A stretch of 62,824 bases of DNA, counting the filler, from Kipferlia bialata (taxonomy: Eukaryota), in NCBI GenBank assembly GCA_003568945.1. It is 4 parts of 3 records of this genome, joined end to end, with 100 filler letters (N's around TTAATTAATTAA, not from the genome) between each part and the next. Parts side by side here need not be neighbours in the genome. Positions count along the whole stretch, not along the records: positions 1 to 12,110 come from BDIP01000180.1; positions 12,211 to 25,223 come from BDIP01000180.1; 2 more parts are not named here. One strand, given 5' to 3'. Of this stretch, positions 11,001 to 23,853 are shown piece after piece (position 1 is the stretch's first letter; every line of letters begins with the position of its first letter). The notes below the pieces were generated by a model. The model made no database searches. It was not told the origin of the DNA and saw only the letters and a program-made list of their open reading frames with translations. A program made the position numbers and the translations under genes.

Positions 11001-12029
11001 TGAGGAGGAGGCCCCCGCCGCTGAGGCTGAGGCTGAGGTTGAGGTGTGTACACCACTATTAACCACATTTATATATATATATGTATACATGTGTGTCTAA
11101 CCCCAGGCTGAGGGTGACGCCACCATGGAGACCGAGGAGGCAGGCGAGGCAGAGGCCCTGGCAGCCGCCCTCAAGGTATATATATAACCACACCCCCACA
11201 CACATATATATATGTATATATATATATATACTAGATGCAATGTACTTATATATCAGGAGAGGGACCAGGCCTGGGTCCAGTTCCTCTTTGAGCGTGCTCT
11301 TGTCCCCCTGTCCAAGCACACTGACTTCTGGTACCTCTACCAGGCATACCTCGCCAGGTACCCACACCCCCACTTCTCTCTGTTATATATCTATCTATGG
11401 GTTCGCTCACCCCCAGGGTCCAGGGATCTGAGGCTGCCTACGCCACCCTGTCCCGCTCCCTCCCCCTCCACATGCACAAGGTATGGACACCATGTATACG
11501 TACCACTATATGCACATTGATATATATATGTGTGTGTTTGTTAGATACTGATGCCAGGTGACCCTCCCCGCCCCCTACCTGCTCATGTCCGACGCTGCCA
11601 GGTCCGCTGGCAACCAGGTACCCACTCGCTTGCTCTCTCTCTATATATATAAAGAATTATGTATATGAATATTTACTCTGCTGTATCTTTCTAACCCCTA
11701 GGAGGATGCCGAGAAGTGGCTCCGCCAGGGACTCGAGATGTGCCCCAAGTCCGCCGACATCAGGTACAACATGCATATATATATATATGGTATATAGTAT
11801 ACAGTTCTTATATATACTTACCCCCAGGTGTGCACTTGCCGCTGTGCTCGCCCCCACCAACGCCCTCGAGGGACTCAACGTACGACATTAGCTGTTTCTC
11901 TCTGTCATATATGTATGTATTGATGTATAGAAAGATACATTGCCTCACCCCCCAGATTGTGAAGGAGGGCCTCGAGACCCTGCCCCCCTCCAACAGGAGC
12001 CACCTGGCCATGGTGGACTCTGTCACAAG
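8098..12029 (+). CDS. PRP39: Pre-mRNA-processing factor 39-like HAT-repeat protein (U1 snRNP), about 18 exons, 3' truncated by scaffold end
   Basis: MTAETPAVRTLEDLQ|AALETNPYDLGSWDILLQ|NHADTSEDLEFVTKCYEDFLTVYPLCFYYWRRYANN..|GEGAYEAALGVYLKGVALLPSLFDLWNE..; later FFHPSP...AWRKYL and VQFLFERALVPLSKHTDFWYLY, typical of Prp39 HAT repeats. Confidence 0.8.
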
Positions 12030-12068
12030 GTATAATATACATACACACTCTCTCTGTCTCCCTCTTAC

Positions 12069-12105
<37 letters not shown>

Positions 12106-12110
12106 CCCCC

Positions 12111-12210
12111 NNNNNNNNNNNNNNNNNNNNNNNNNNNNNNNNNNNNNNNNNNNNTTAATTAATTAANNNNNNNNNNNNNNNNNNNNNNNNNNNNNNNNNN
12201 NNNNNNNNNN
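12111..12210. other. Artificial scaffold linker N44-TTAATTAATTAA-N44
   Basis: All-frame stop linker inside an N run, flanked by poly-C/poly-G contig ends; identical linkers at 25224-25323 and 52062-52161. Confidence 0.95.
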
Positions 12211-12222
12211 GGAGGGGAGAAA

Positions 12223-12261
<39 letters not shown>

Positions 12262-12310
12262 AAGGTACTCCCAATATACACAGATCACACATACAGCCAC
12301 CATCACCCAC

Positions 12311-14670
12311 CTGCACGAAGAATGCGTACTGGGCAGAGCCGTCGAGCCTGGCGTGCATGTAGTAGGCCTCTCCATCGAGGATCTCCTCCACGGTGGCGCC
12401 GGATATCTCGTAGATACAGTTCTGGGGCAGGTTGAGGGGCTTGACCTGGACGTAGATGTCGCCTCCGATGGGGGTGTCGAACTGCACAAAGCCTCTGGTG
12501 GCGGTGTGGTCGAGGGTGAATCCCCTGTTGACAGCGCCGAGGTTGTTGGTGCCAGAGACCATGGGAGAGTCAGAGACAGTCACCAGGATCTGGGTGCCCT
12601 CCATGGGGGCGTCTCCCTGCCACTTGACAGAGATGAAGGAGTGGGAGGGGATCACGTCGTAGAAGGAGGTGGCGGTGGGGTGGAAGATGAAGTTGTGGAG
12701 GTCGGTGGCGGTCACAAACTCCATCTCGTTGTAGATACCGTCGTAGAGCTCCTCGGCAACAGTGCCGATGCGGCCTGCAACAACATCGAAGGAGCCAGAC
12801 ACGGCACCCTCGATGGTGATGTACACTGGCTTGTTGGCCACGAGGTCATCGGTGGAGACGAGGAGGTGCTCCGAGGTGCCCTCGCTGATGGAGATCCAGT
12901 CGTAGTTGGCGCCGGTGGGGATGTAGAGGGTCTGGGAGGCGTAGATCTTGACGTTGGACACGGCGGTGGTGTAGACGGGGTCGACACGGACCTCGATACC
13001 ATCGGCGTAGTCGGCAAGGAACTCGTAGTGAGACAGCATCATCCCGTCCTCCAGCTGGAAGGTCACGGGCTGGTTCTCCATGAGCTCCACCTGGGGGGCG
13101 GCATACACCTGGCCAGAGACAGCGGCACTGGCGGCAGTGTCATGGGGCATGGCGGAGAGGGCGGCAAAGTACATGCCGTACTCGACGATGTTGGTGTCCT
13201 CCATGCTGATCCGGAGCTGCTTGCCCTGGTAGCCCATGTAGTCCACCTCATTGGCGTGCCAGGCGATGGAGTGGGAGTCGCGGTGGTTCTGCTCGGGCTC
13301 CAGGAAGACGGCAAAGTCGAAGGAGTCGCCGGACATGTTTCTGTCCTGAGTAGCGGCAAACACATAGTCGATGTTGACGGGGGTGCTCTCGGACTGGGGG
13401 ATGACCTCGTTGGCCTGCCTCATAGGGATGGCAAGGTGCACGTCGCCGTAGGTGCCGTCGGCACTGGCGTATGTGGCGGCCCATGTGCTCTGTGTGGAGG
13501 GCATCATGACGGAGGTGTCCTGGGAGGCAAGAATCTTGTAGGGCACGGTGGCCACGTCGCCGATGGGCCAGTGCTTCTGGTAGTGGGAGGCGGCCATGAC
13601 GTAGATGTTGTCCCCTGCGTTGTAGAAGTTGCCTGGGAATGTGATGATGCCCTCGGCACTCTCAAAGTCACAGTCCTCGGGGTCGACGGGGTTGGTGGTG
13701 CTGGACCACAGGGACACGTCGGGCTCGTCGATCACAGTCACACCGGTGGAATAGTCGATGTAGGAGATGATGGTGGTGGGGCGGGTGGAGTCGAAGTCGA
13801 GGATGGCGTACTCCTCCTCGCAGTACTCGTACTGGCACACGGTGTCAGACATCACCACGCCCATCTCCAGCTGGCGGGAGGTCTCCCCTGACACCATGAG
13901 CTGGATGTCCTTGCCCTCGAGGGACTGGGTGCTGTACACAGAGATGTAGTAGTAGGCAGGGGTCACAACATCAGCAGAGTCGATCTTGACAAAGGAATCG
14001 TCAGACTCAACACCTGGGGTGGTGCTGCTGGGCCTACCAGTGTCGGTGGACACGTAAAGCTTCTGTCCAGCAACAGCATCATTGAGGAGGCTAATCTGGA
14101 TAGCGTCCTTGTTGTCACAGGAGAAGAAGCTGAAGTAACGCACGTTACCGTTGAAGTTAGACACAGTTCCCACGGAGTTCCAGGGAGCGTTGTCCTCCAG
14201 GTGGATGTGGGACTCAGCAGTGAGGGTCACCATGGTGTTGGTGGATGCCATGACGGCAATACCGTATGTGCCAACCTGGGCAATACCATCACCTGGCTTG
14301 ATCTCAGCCCAGGAGTTGGCAAACACCATGTCCTGGTAGTTCTCGATACACTCAGTAGAACTGTCGTACTCACCCACACAGACGTAGGCAGAACCGTATC
14401 CACCAGTGGTCTGGAGAGTGAAGGAGGTGGTTGCTTAGGTTAGTCGAGTCATACCAACACACGACATCACCTAGAAAAGAAACCATAATCCTCAAATGAC
14501 TTCATATAGAGAAAATACCACATACCGAGGTCATCAACGGTGGTAAAGGAGTAGTACTTCACCACTTCTGGTCCTGTGGACTTAAACTGCACAGCGATAG
14601 CGTCCTGCATCACCACAGGTGCAGAAAATGCCAGCGCAACTGCGCACAGCAATGCAATCAGCATCTGCAT
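12311..14670 (-). CDS. Large secreted or cell-surface protein with repeated beta-sandwich (PPC-like) domains (exons 14670-14526, 14433-12311; 3' truncated)
   Basis: Signal peptide MQMLIALLCAVALAFSA; a 2.1-kb exon with strong GC3 bias; recurring YFxF...lxisl...lYvS...P...YYisV pattern. Confidence 0.65.
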
Positions 14671-14884
14671 CCCTCTCTTGCTGACGATCTGCTTAGAAAA
14701 CGATCCGAAGGTTCCGGTCCTGGACGACTAGTCTGGTCCCGACCCCAATTATTTTTCAATTGATGTTTCTGCACCCTTGAGTCAGTGTGAAGAATAATCA
14801 AAATTTCGAAGGGTGTAGACCTAGGGAGGATGTCAGGGCACACATCACAGTCTTTCTAGCTCTCAGCATCACACTGAAGGCAAT

Positions 14885-17800
14885 ATGTCATCTAAAGACA
14901 ATATTGAGAATGCCAAGGTGCTGCGAAACAAGTTGAGAGGTTGGCCGTCCCATATTGGGAGAGGGCGACCTGGAATGTCAGGAGAGGCGAGTAAGACTAG
15001 TGTGATGAAGGGACTGTCCCAGTGCCTTCTGAACTCATCTCTCCCCAAGTCCCTCGTGACAGAGATTGTTGAGGAGCTAAGGCATATCCTGCTGATGAAG
15101 CAGCGGCCGTCAGATGTGCTCACCTCCGAGATTCTGAGGGCTTTGGGGAACGCCCTCCCTCAGTCACCGGCACTTGACCACGACGTCATGCGGCACGTGG
15201 AGGGAAGCCTGGTGACTCTGTTGCAGGAGACCCTGGACGCCCACTCTGCCCCCCAGGTCACACCCACCCCTGATGCCCCCACTATTATGTACAACTGTCT
15301 GTCTGCCGCTGCCAACCTGGCCTTCAACGCCAGCAGGCACAAGAAGTACCCCTTCGATGGACCTGGCCTCATTGCCCTGGCACTTAGGGCCCTGGAGTGC
15401 CGCCACGACACCCCGTCTGTGACGCAGCAGAGCGTGTCTGTGAGGAAGAATGCCTCTCTGCTGATCGGGGCATGTGCCGGCGCAGACGCCAGGGGCACCA
15501 TCAGCATGTGGGAGGCCCTGCTCTCCCCCCCACCCCACATGGGCCTCTCCCTCACCCTGGCCCAGGGACTGCTGGACCCCAGCCCCCTGGTGCGGGGTGC
15601 CGTGTGTGAGGCCCTGGCCAAGGTGCTGGTCACCCTCAGAGACACCCTGTGGCACTGCGGCGGAGGGGGGGGGCAGATGTGCCGCATCTTCCAGACGCAC
15701 GGCCATCTGCTGCAGTTTGTGCACTCTCTGCTGCTGTCTGAGTCTGACCCTGCTGTCCTGCCCGGCCTCTGCTGGTGTGCCAGACAGCTGTTTGAGGCCT
15801 CATCTGCACAGACCCTGGGCCTCACACCCACAGACTTCTACCCCTCTCTCCTGGCGCAGATAGGGCCAGTCTCTGACCCTACTGCCCGTCTCAAGACCTC
15901 AGCCATTCTGTCTGCCCTGGCAGGAGCCGCCGGTGCCTTCCAGAGGCTGAAGGGGTGCAACCCGGCATATGCTGCTGTGATGGGGCAGCGTGTGGTGCCT
16001 GCCCTGACCCAGGGTGTGGCCATGGCAGTGGACATCCTGGGGGCAGAGGCCCAGACGCCCCGAGCCCGACCCGACCCAGCCTCCCCCAACACCCCCTCTC
16101 TTCTGTGTCTGCAGTACATCCAGGCCATTGGGTCTGCCCAGCCCTCACTGCTGGTGGGACCGGCAGACAGGCTGCTGCGCCAGTTTGGGGTTGCTGTGCA
16201 GACCGACCCCTTCTCCAAGGAGTGTGCCAGGTGGGCACTTGTCCTGTCCACCATAGCACAGGCCCCCGAGGCAGACACACCTGGGCCCAGGGGGGTGAGG
16301 TCGGCCACGCACCAGGACCCCCTGGCCCACCCTGAGCTGGCCATGCCCCCTCCCCCATCCCGCAGGTCCAGACCCCCCTCCCCCACGGAGACTGCCCCTG
16401 CCATGTCGCCTGTGCTGGCCGTGGTCATTCCCTCTCTCTCCCTGCTGCTCTCCGTCACCCCCACCCTCCCTTCCCCCTTCGCCCATGCCATTGCAGCCAT
16501 CCTCACCTCTCTCTCCCCCGAGGTACCGCGTATGAATTATTATGGTTACTGTCCACTACTAATTTGAAGCCGTATCCCCCTCACCCCAGACTGTGTCTGC
16601 CCACATTGACGGCACCACCACCCTGCCCATGCTCCTCACTGTGTGCATAGGGGCAGGGGAGGGCGAGCAGGTGGCGGCTGTGCGTGCTGCGCTGTGCAGT
16701 GCCCTGGGCACCCTCCTTCAGTACAGGGCCATCTACACCGACATTGCGGCACTCACAGAGGCCACTGCCTTCCTGGTCAAGTGTGCCCAGAAGAGCCCCC
16801 CTGTCTCCACCGCCAACAGACAGAGACCCAACCTCATGAGGGGCCGGCCTCTAAGGGGCAAGGCGAGGGCATCCCCTGCCAAGGCACAGGCCAAGGTGCA
16901 GCACAACAGGAACACGGTGGATGTGAGGTTTGGGGCCCTGCAGTCTCTGTCGGGCCTTGCCCAGCTTGTGCACTCCCTGCCGAAGGGGGAGGGGCAGGCC
17001 ATCCTGGACCTGCTCATGGAGGAGACAGACGGGGAGGGCAAGACGCCCCTGGACAGGATACTCCACACGATGGAGGGGGCAGTGCACGACAGCAACAGGT
17101 ACCCCACCGTATTTAGTACCTCTGGTTTGATTGCTCTATTGATAAATGATGTCTGTATTCCCCCTCCCCCCTCACCCTAGGGTGCAGCCCCCTGCCCTCC
17201 AGGGTATCGGGTGCTTCTGTGCCAGTCTGGGCCCCACCTCTGCCCTGGGCAGAAGGCTTGTAGCCTGTCTGTGCAACTCCATTGACAGAAGGGAGCAGCG
17301 CAAGGCCAGCCCCAAGGCGGTGTGGACCTCCTGCCGTGCCCTGGGTATGGTGCTGTCCATGGTCAAGCAGATACTGGAGGCACAGCCCCGCACCCCTCCC
17401 TCGCCATCCACCGTGTCTACTGGTGAGGCCGCCCTAGCCTGTGACGTGATTGCCTCTCTGTGCAGTGTACTCACAGACGGGTCCCACTACAAGACCCGCA
17501 TCCAGGCTGCCTATGCCCTGGCCGAGACGTCTCCCTACGCCCTCCCCCTGCATCCCTCTCTCTTTGGCACCCTTCTCTCCGGGGTGTCCCACGCCCTCGA
17601 TGCCCTGGAGGCTGAGAAGGCAGGGGGGGCAGACTCGTTCGAGACAGTCACCTACCGCAACACCCTGCAGATAGCCCTGGCCAGGCTGGTGCGCACCTGT
17701 CTGCGCGTGACCCTTGCCAACCCTTCTATCGAGCACTCCCCCCAGTTTGGCAGGGAGGTGGCAAAGCACGGCGCATTCCTGCTGGCCTTCAACGCCAGGG

Positions 17801-18045
17801 ACGTCGAGGTGTGCGGTAAGGCCTCTGCGCGCAAGGCCCAGGCCGTGGTGTCTGCCTCCTCCTTCTGCACATCCCTCGATATATCATATCTCGAGGGGGC
17901 AGAGGCAGACCTCAATGCCTCCAACGACGCCCTCTACCTCAGGGAGATGCAGCAGAGCGCCGAGAAGGCAGCCAGGAAGCACGCTAGTGTGGTGCAGCGG
18001 CAGGCGAGGCTTGTAGCCATGATTGCCAACGGGAATTCGGCTTGA
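14885..18045 (+). CDS. HEAT-repeat protein, HEATR6-like (exons 14885-16522, 16590-17098, 17181-18045)
   Basis: Three long ORFs joined in phase by short GT..AG introns; LLDPSPLVRGAVCEAL, KAVWTSCRALG and HYKTRIQAAYAL resemble HEATR6 motifs (DPsxkVR, KVrWNACyAlG, nFKVRinAaxAL). Confidence 0.65.
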
Positions 18046-18531
18046 GTGTAGTATCCCAGTATTGTGTCCCATTTCTATATTGTTTTGTGTGTTCTTGCTC
18101 ATAAATGGTGTCATATACTTGGCCTATTATGATGTATGAGTATCGAAGTCATTCTCAGCCACAATGTATATTGCATCAGTCGCTCTGTGAGATATAACCA
18201 ACCGAATGGATCCCAAATCTCCGGACGTGAGTGAGGCTCTGTGTCTTTGAAGGTTGTCTTCAGGAATCAGTAGACTATCTACGTGACAAACCACACACTA
18301 TTAAGGTGACTCCACATATCACGGTCACTCGCTGGGACTATGTGATGGGATATGCATATACATATGGTCCTGGGCTTACATGAGGGCACATAGTACCACA
18401 AAAGGCCAACACCACTAGTATCCCAAGTCATTCAAGCACAGCGGCTGTTGACCAAGGCTTGGGAGGCGTCGGAAGCGCATCACTTCCGGTACCGCGGTAT
18501 CCTGCGAGTAATGACACCATGCACCCATCCC

Positions 18532-19200
18532 CTATGACTGTGAGTGTTCCTGACTGGCAGGAGTATCCACCCTGTGCTCAGGGTTGTCGTCCACTGATAC
18601 CTCCACCACCTCCTCTCCCATGACAACATCTCCAGCCGCATCCACATCCACCACATCTCCTGATCCCTCCTCAGGGGTATCAGCCGCATCAGGGGGGTGA
18701 GGGACCTCTGGGAACCGGGGGGGTTCCGGGGCAGTCAGATAGCACTCGTCCTCCACTGCGTCACACACAGGCCCCACCTGGGGGGCAAAGAAGGGGCCGG
18801 GGAGGGGGGGTGCGAAGGGGACCCTGGGGTCTCTGGCCCTGTCATCCAGTGCCAAGGGAGGGGGTTCGGTGTGCACAAGGGCTGGCTGGGTCACGGGGAA
18901 GTGGGGTAGTCTGAAGGGGAAAGGTGCCTCTACACTATCCAGAATAAATCTCGCGAGGTCCCATGTCCCATAGCCACACGTATCTGCAGCGTGCAGCACA
19001 CCCGAGAACGACACTGGCCCCCCTCTGGCCTCAGAGGCAGAGGCTGCGATCCCGGCCAGCTTGCGCAGGTAGTGCTCTCCAACCGTGATCAGAAGGTGGG
19101 CGGCGTTGGCATCGATGGTCTTGACCCTGCCGTGGGTCTGACACAGACTGGCCACTGCCACCTGCATCAGCCGATACTCAAAGGCCTCCCGGGCACTCAT
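18532..19200 (-). CDS. TAF8-like bromodomain-associated histone-fold protein
   Basis: MSAREAFEYRLMQVAVASLCQTHG...AAHLLITVGEHYLRKLA...ASEARGG is histone-fold-like, followed by PFPFRLPHFPV and VPFAPPLP as in TAF8. Start chosen at the ATG at 19200. Confidence 0.6.
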   Translation of the reverse strand: MSAREAFEYRLMQVAVASLCQTHGRVKTIDANAAHLLITVGEHYLRKLAGIAASASEARGGPVSFSGVLHAADTCGYGTWDLARFILDSVEAPFPFRLPHFPVTQPALVHTEPPPLALDDRARDPRVPFAPPLPGPFFAPQVGPVCDAVEDECYLTAPEPPRFPEVPHPPDAADTPEEGSGDVVDVDAAGDVVMGEEVVEVSVDDNPEHRVDTPASQEHSQS

Positions 19201-19417
19201 ACTGTCAGGACAAGAGAGGATGGAGTCTGCTCTCTCAGTGGGAACGTCGCCAAAAAAGAAAGAGGGACCAGTCCGGCAAATAAGTTGGACCATACAAGTC
19301 ATCCTCTCCTTGATCTTCACGTGTTAGGGACCAGAGGCAGCTGTATCCAGTTGTATCTCAGTCAGTGTGTCCTTGTGTGAGCGACGAGCGTGTGTCGAGA
19401 GACATATAGATATAGAT

Positions 19418-20257
19418 ATGGCTGAACCCGGCACTACCACTGAGGCCGGGGTCGCGAGGGTGCTCGAGGCCCTGGATGTGGCATTTGAGAATGACCCTCT
19501 CGCCCAGTTTTTCGCAGCAGAGAAGATGCGGAGCACTCGGGCTGTCAGTGCCCGCCGAGCCGAGACCGAGCTGACCCAGGATGTGTTCAGGTATAGAACT
19601 CCACGTTGATCCCAGTCTATCGAGAGTCTCTCCCTCTCTCTCTCTCTCTCTGGGACTGTTGCGTCTCGCTGGCGAGCTGGTATCGAGAATAACTCCCACT
19701 TCCTTCCCAGGATCCCCCGCAACTTCCCCGACGTGCTGCCTCCCCCCATGTACCTGTATCTGAGTGCCGCCCCGTCCATCTCCCACCTCGTGTCCCTGGT
19801 GCCCGTCTCTGCGCAGGGCCTGGGGGGGTCGGACTGGGACGGGGTCCCTGTCGAGCCCACCACTGGCAGACAGGCAGCTGCGGCCATCCTCAACGCCCGC
19901 AACTTCAAGAAGTTTGCGTCTGCACTTTCTCCGGCCTCTGCCCCCCCCTCGCCCTCTGGGTCAGGCAGGCTGGGTAGACAGGACATGGGTGACAGGTGCA
20001 TGGCACTCAAGGACATGGACGTGCCCTACTACACGTGTGACCTCAGCTGGGACAGACTCAGGACTGCCATGGGGTATGAGTGCTCCAAGCCGGGTCTGTC
20101 CCGCAGTGGCCTGCTCAATGTAGGGCCAGGTATGGAGGTGCCAGTCACCCAGGACTTCACGGTGGGGGATCTTGCCAGGGCCATCCTAGGCGGGGTGGGG
20201 TCGAGGAGGGAGAGGAGTGGGGAGGACGAGGCGGGGGGGAGGAAGAGAGTCAGGTGA
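19418..20257 (+). CDS. Hypothetical protein (exons 19418-19590, 19711-20257)
   Basis: Two GC-rich frames joined in phase by a GT..CCCAG intron; no family recognised with confidence. Confidence 0.6.
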
Positions 20258-20597
20258 TGTATCAACCTAATGTAGATAGTCCTGTGTCGTTGACAGATGG
20301 GAGATGTTCATACTAGTATCACAGTCATACATACAGCACACAAAGGTTGGTAACACCACTGTACAATATCTATTGAATGCACTCGTCCATCAGAATACTA
20401 TTGGCATACATCCACACATAGTACTGGCTTGGAATGACAGGGACATCAAAAGGGATGAGCCCAATTGACAATCCAACACAAGGGAAGCCCACAGAGGTGA
20501 CTGCTACCCGTAGTTATGGCATCCACCTGGGTCAAGTTACACCCATTGACAGTCAATATAGAAACACACTGGCGAGAGTGACCAGAAGGGAATGGCC

Positions 20598-21494
20598 TCA
20601 GATGGAGACACTCTTTCTGCGCCTCTGCCTGCGCCTCTCTCTCTTGGCCTCGAGGGCCTCGTCCACCTCCTGAGGCTTGTTTCTCTCCCTGACGCCCTTG
20701 AGCATGGGGAGGACTGTGTTGACGAGGTAGTAGATGCCGTAGAGAGGGATGAGGAGGTCCAGCAGGAAGAACCAGGTTGAGATAGGGGAGAGGCAGAACG
20801 CAAACATGCAGAGCAGGATGCAGTCGACAGCCGGGGAGGTGACCTTGGTGGTCTTGAGATCACAGGGCACATTCACAAGGCGGCCTCTAGGGGTAAGAGG
20901 GGGGGGGGGGGGATAGGGATAGACACAATACTCGCGCAATACGGAGGCTATAGACTCAGAGGAGCACACAAGAAAGTAGAAGCACTTGACATGGAATATC
21001 AGTCACTGGTATAGAGGGAACACAATGAGTTAACAATATTGATACCGGTACCGGTACCGCTATTGCCGAATACTGAACCACGAAACCACACTGCTCCCCC
21101 ACCTCAATTATACATTAGTGATCTTGATCACGACATATAACCACAGATGTGATGGGAAACCTAATCAATTGAGAGTCTAAAGGCAACGGTCCCACTCTCT
21201 ACATAAGACACACCTCTGATCGTACTCGGGCCTACATATCTTGTTGAGGAACCGGTAGAGCGCCCTAACCAGGAAGAGGTGGATACCCAGCACCACACAC
21301 CGGGAAACCAGCTTGAGGTCGTCCCTCCTCAGCAGCAGAGTCAGCACAACATAGATGCCAGTGCAGACACCGGAGTATATGGACAGAAACCTCAGCAGGG
21401 CGCTGTTGGACTCCAACAACTTCTTGGCAGATGCTCCAGCCTGTGGTTAGAGGTCACAATGGATCAGAGGAGTATACGGCAAGGTCCCTACCAT
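20598..21494 (-). CDS. TMEM208: TMEM208/SND2 (DUF788) ER-targeting membrane protein (exons 21494-21492, 21440-21214, 20886-20598)
   Basis: M|AGASAKKLLESNSALLRFL...ICRPEYDQR|GRLVNVPCDL...FFLLDLLIPLYGIY... with a basic KRERRR tail, matching the family layout. Confidence 0.75.
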
Positions 21495-21613
21495 CCTGTG
21501 TGTAAGGAAGACATGCACATGTCGTCAACTCGAAATGGTCGCCTCTACACCCTTGATTCATCAAGAAATGACACTCACACTGACCCCATGCTTCAACAAG
21601 GCCTAGACAGGTC

Positions 21614-23853
21614 ATGGTGTTGGGCTTTGGGAAGAGGCGCAAGAGTGATGCGGAGCCCCTTGCTCCAGAACTGACTGTGTCGAGCCCTGTGATATCGGGC
21701 CCCATTCCGGCCTCCCTCCCCACCGACCCGTCCGAGAGGGAGAGAGACACCCCCATCAGTGGACCTGCCGGGTTCCAGAGGGGCATCCACGTGGAGTACG
21801 ACCCCACCACAGGCACCCTCAGGGGGCTGCCCAAGGAGTGGCGGGAGCACAACTTCATGCCCTCCTCTGAGGGTGAGGCCACGCCTGTGCAGCAGTCACC
21901 CGATGGGGCGGTACCCCAGCACCTGAGGCCCAGCAGGTGGGGAGAGCGGTGGGATTGTGTGAGGGCTGGTATACCCTTGTAGGAGTGTCCATACTGTTCT
22001 ATATATGCCCGCAGGGTGTCCTGTTTCCCTGTCTATAAATATCCCATTCCCTGACCCCTCTCACCCCTAGGCTCACCAAGCGCCAGGCCGACAAGCTCAA
22101 GAGAGAGCTGCCCTTCTTCATATCGCGGCCTGTCACCTTCGAGCACACTATCCACGTGGACTTCAACTCCACCCTGGGTATGGGTCATCTGCTGTACATT
22201 GGATGGACTAATACTGTCCCATCCCCATCTCCCCCCTCTCTCTCTTACCCCATGCTTCAGCGGTCTCCCCGAGGGCTGGGATGAGCAGCTGGCCAACTCC
22301 GGCATATCCAAGGAAGAGGCCGTGGCCAACCCCGACCTGGTGGTGAGTGGCCCACATGCAGTGTATATAGGGACCGTTCCCCTCGCCTCTCATGTTGACA
22401 CCTAACATACAGATCCACGCTCTGGAGGCCTTTAACAACGACGGCGGCTTTGGGTTCCAGACCCCTGCCCTCCCCTCTCTGCCCAAGTCCTCCCAGGTAC
22501 TGACAGTGACATTGACACTTCTATTATCCCGTTGTCGTCTCTTTGCCGGTCAAGCCCCCCCCCCCCATCACACCCTCACCCCCCAGGTCGAGGCCCTCTC
22601 TGCCGCCATGCGTGCCCAGTTTGTAGAGACACGCACACCCACAGACAGGTATATGTATAGTGCCGGACTCGTTGTCTTGGGATGGACAATAGCACAGTCA
22701 CGTGTGTCTCACTACCCCTTGAACTCACCCCAGATACACCCTCAGACAGCTGGTGGGCCAGGGGGCAAGTGGCAGGGTGTACAGGGCTACGGAGTGCACG
22801 ACAGGAAGGTGAGTGGCTGTGTTGCTTCGTGTTGTCTGCTTCCACCTCTCCTCCCTGTCCCACCCCAGAGAGGTTGCCGTGAAGGTAGCTGCCGTGGGTG
22901 ATGGCGACATGCCCGCCCTCCTCAACGAGATTGCCCTCATGAGGGTGTCCCAGCACGCAGGTGCGGCACACTCTTTATACACCCACAGTATGCATCTCGT
23001 AGATGCCCCCCCCCCCCTCCTTACCGTTAGGCATTGTGAAGCTGCTGGACGTGCTGTACGACAAGGGTCGGTGCGAGGTGTGGATAGTCATGGAGTACAT
23101 GAGGGCAGGGTCCCTGGCAGACGTCCTCCAGAACCAGGTGGGTTGGCAGCTGGGTATTCCCATTGTATATTGGATTGTTATAGTACTGTTCCATTAGGCA
23201 CTAGCATGTGTCTGACTGCAGGGCACCCTGGACGAGGCTGCCATTGCGTCTGTGGCCAAGTCGGTGCTGCAGGTGCTGGCCTTCCTCCACAAGAACAGCC
23301 GCATCCACAGGGACATCAAGAGCGACAACCTCCTCCTCTCCAACCAGGTATATAGACATATGGACCCACCACATCCATGTTCTCTCTCTCTCTATATATA
23401 AGTATATATCTGATCCCCTCACCCCAGGGCGATGTGAAGCTGTCCGACTTTGGCTTCTGTGTGCAGCTGGCCGTTGAGCAGACCACGCGTCGGTCTGTGG
23501 TGGGCACTCCCTACTGGATGAGTCCTGAGCTGATCAGGGGCAGTGACTACACCACCTCCACAGACATCTGGAGCCTGGGTATCCTGCTGCTGGAGCTGGC
23601 CGAGTCTGAGCCCCCCTACATGCAGCTGCCCCCCCTGCGTGCTGTGTTCCTGATTGCCACCAGGCCTGCCCCCTCACTGAGGGACAGGGCAGAGCACTCC
23701 TACCCCTTCAGAGACTTCCTCAGGCGCTGTCTCCAGAAGCAGCCTGGGTCCAGGGCCACGGCAGAGGAGCTTCTGCAGCACCCTTTCATCACAAACGCCC
23801 AGCAGGATACAGTGACTCTCAGGCGGTATGCAGAGAGGGAGATGGACGCCTGA
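21614..23853 (+). CDS. p21-activated (PAK/STE20) Ser/Thr kinase with two CRIB domains, about 10 exons
   Basis: Kinase motifs [30 protein letters not shown] and EPPY..PPLRA; CRIB motifs ISGP..F.RGIHV..D and ISRP..FEHTIHV.F. Confidence 0.92.

Noticed and set aside
12071..12260. Poly-Pro ORFs, poly-C/G runs and the TTAATTAATTAA palindrome
   Set aside because: Contig-end homopolymers and an artificial linker; the same occurs at 25.2 and 52.1 kb. Genes on either side are not true neighbours.
12353..13891. 512-aa plus-strand ORF
   Set aside because: Antisense shadow of the GC3-biased minus-strand surface protein gene.
19418..20257. Resemblance to RNase P/MRP subunit Rpp38/Pop3
   Set aside because: Only vague motif similarity; needs a profile search.
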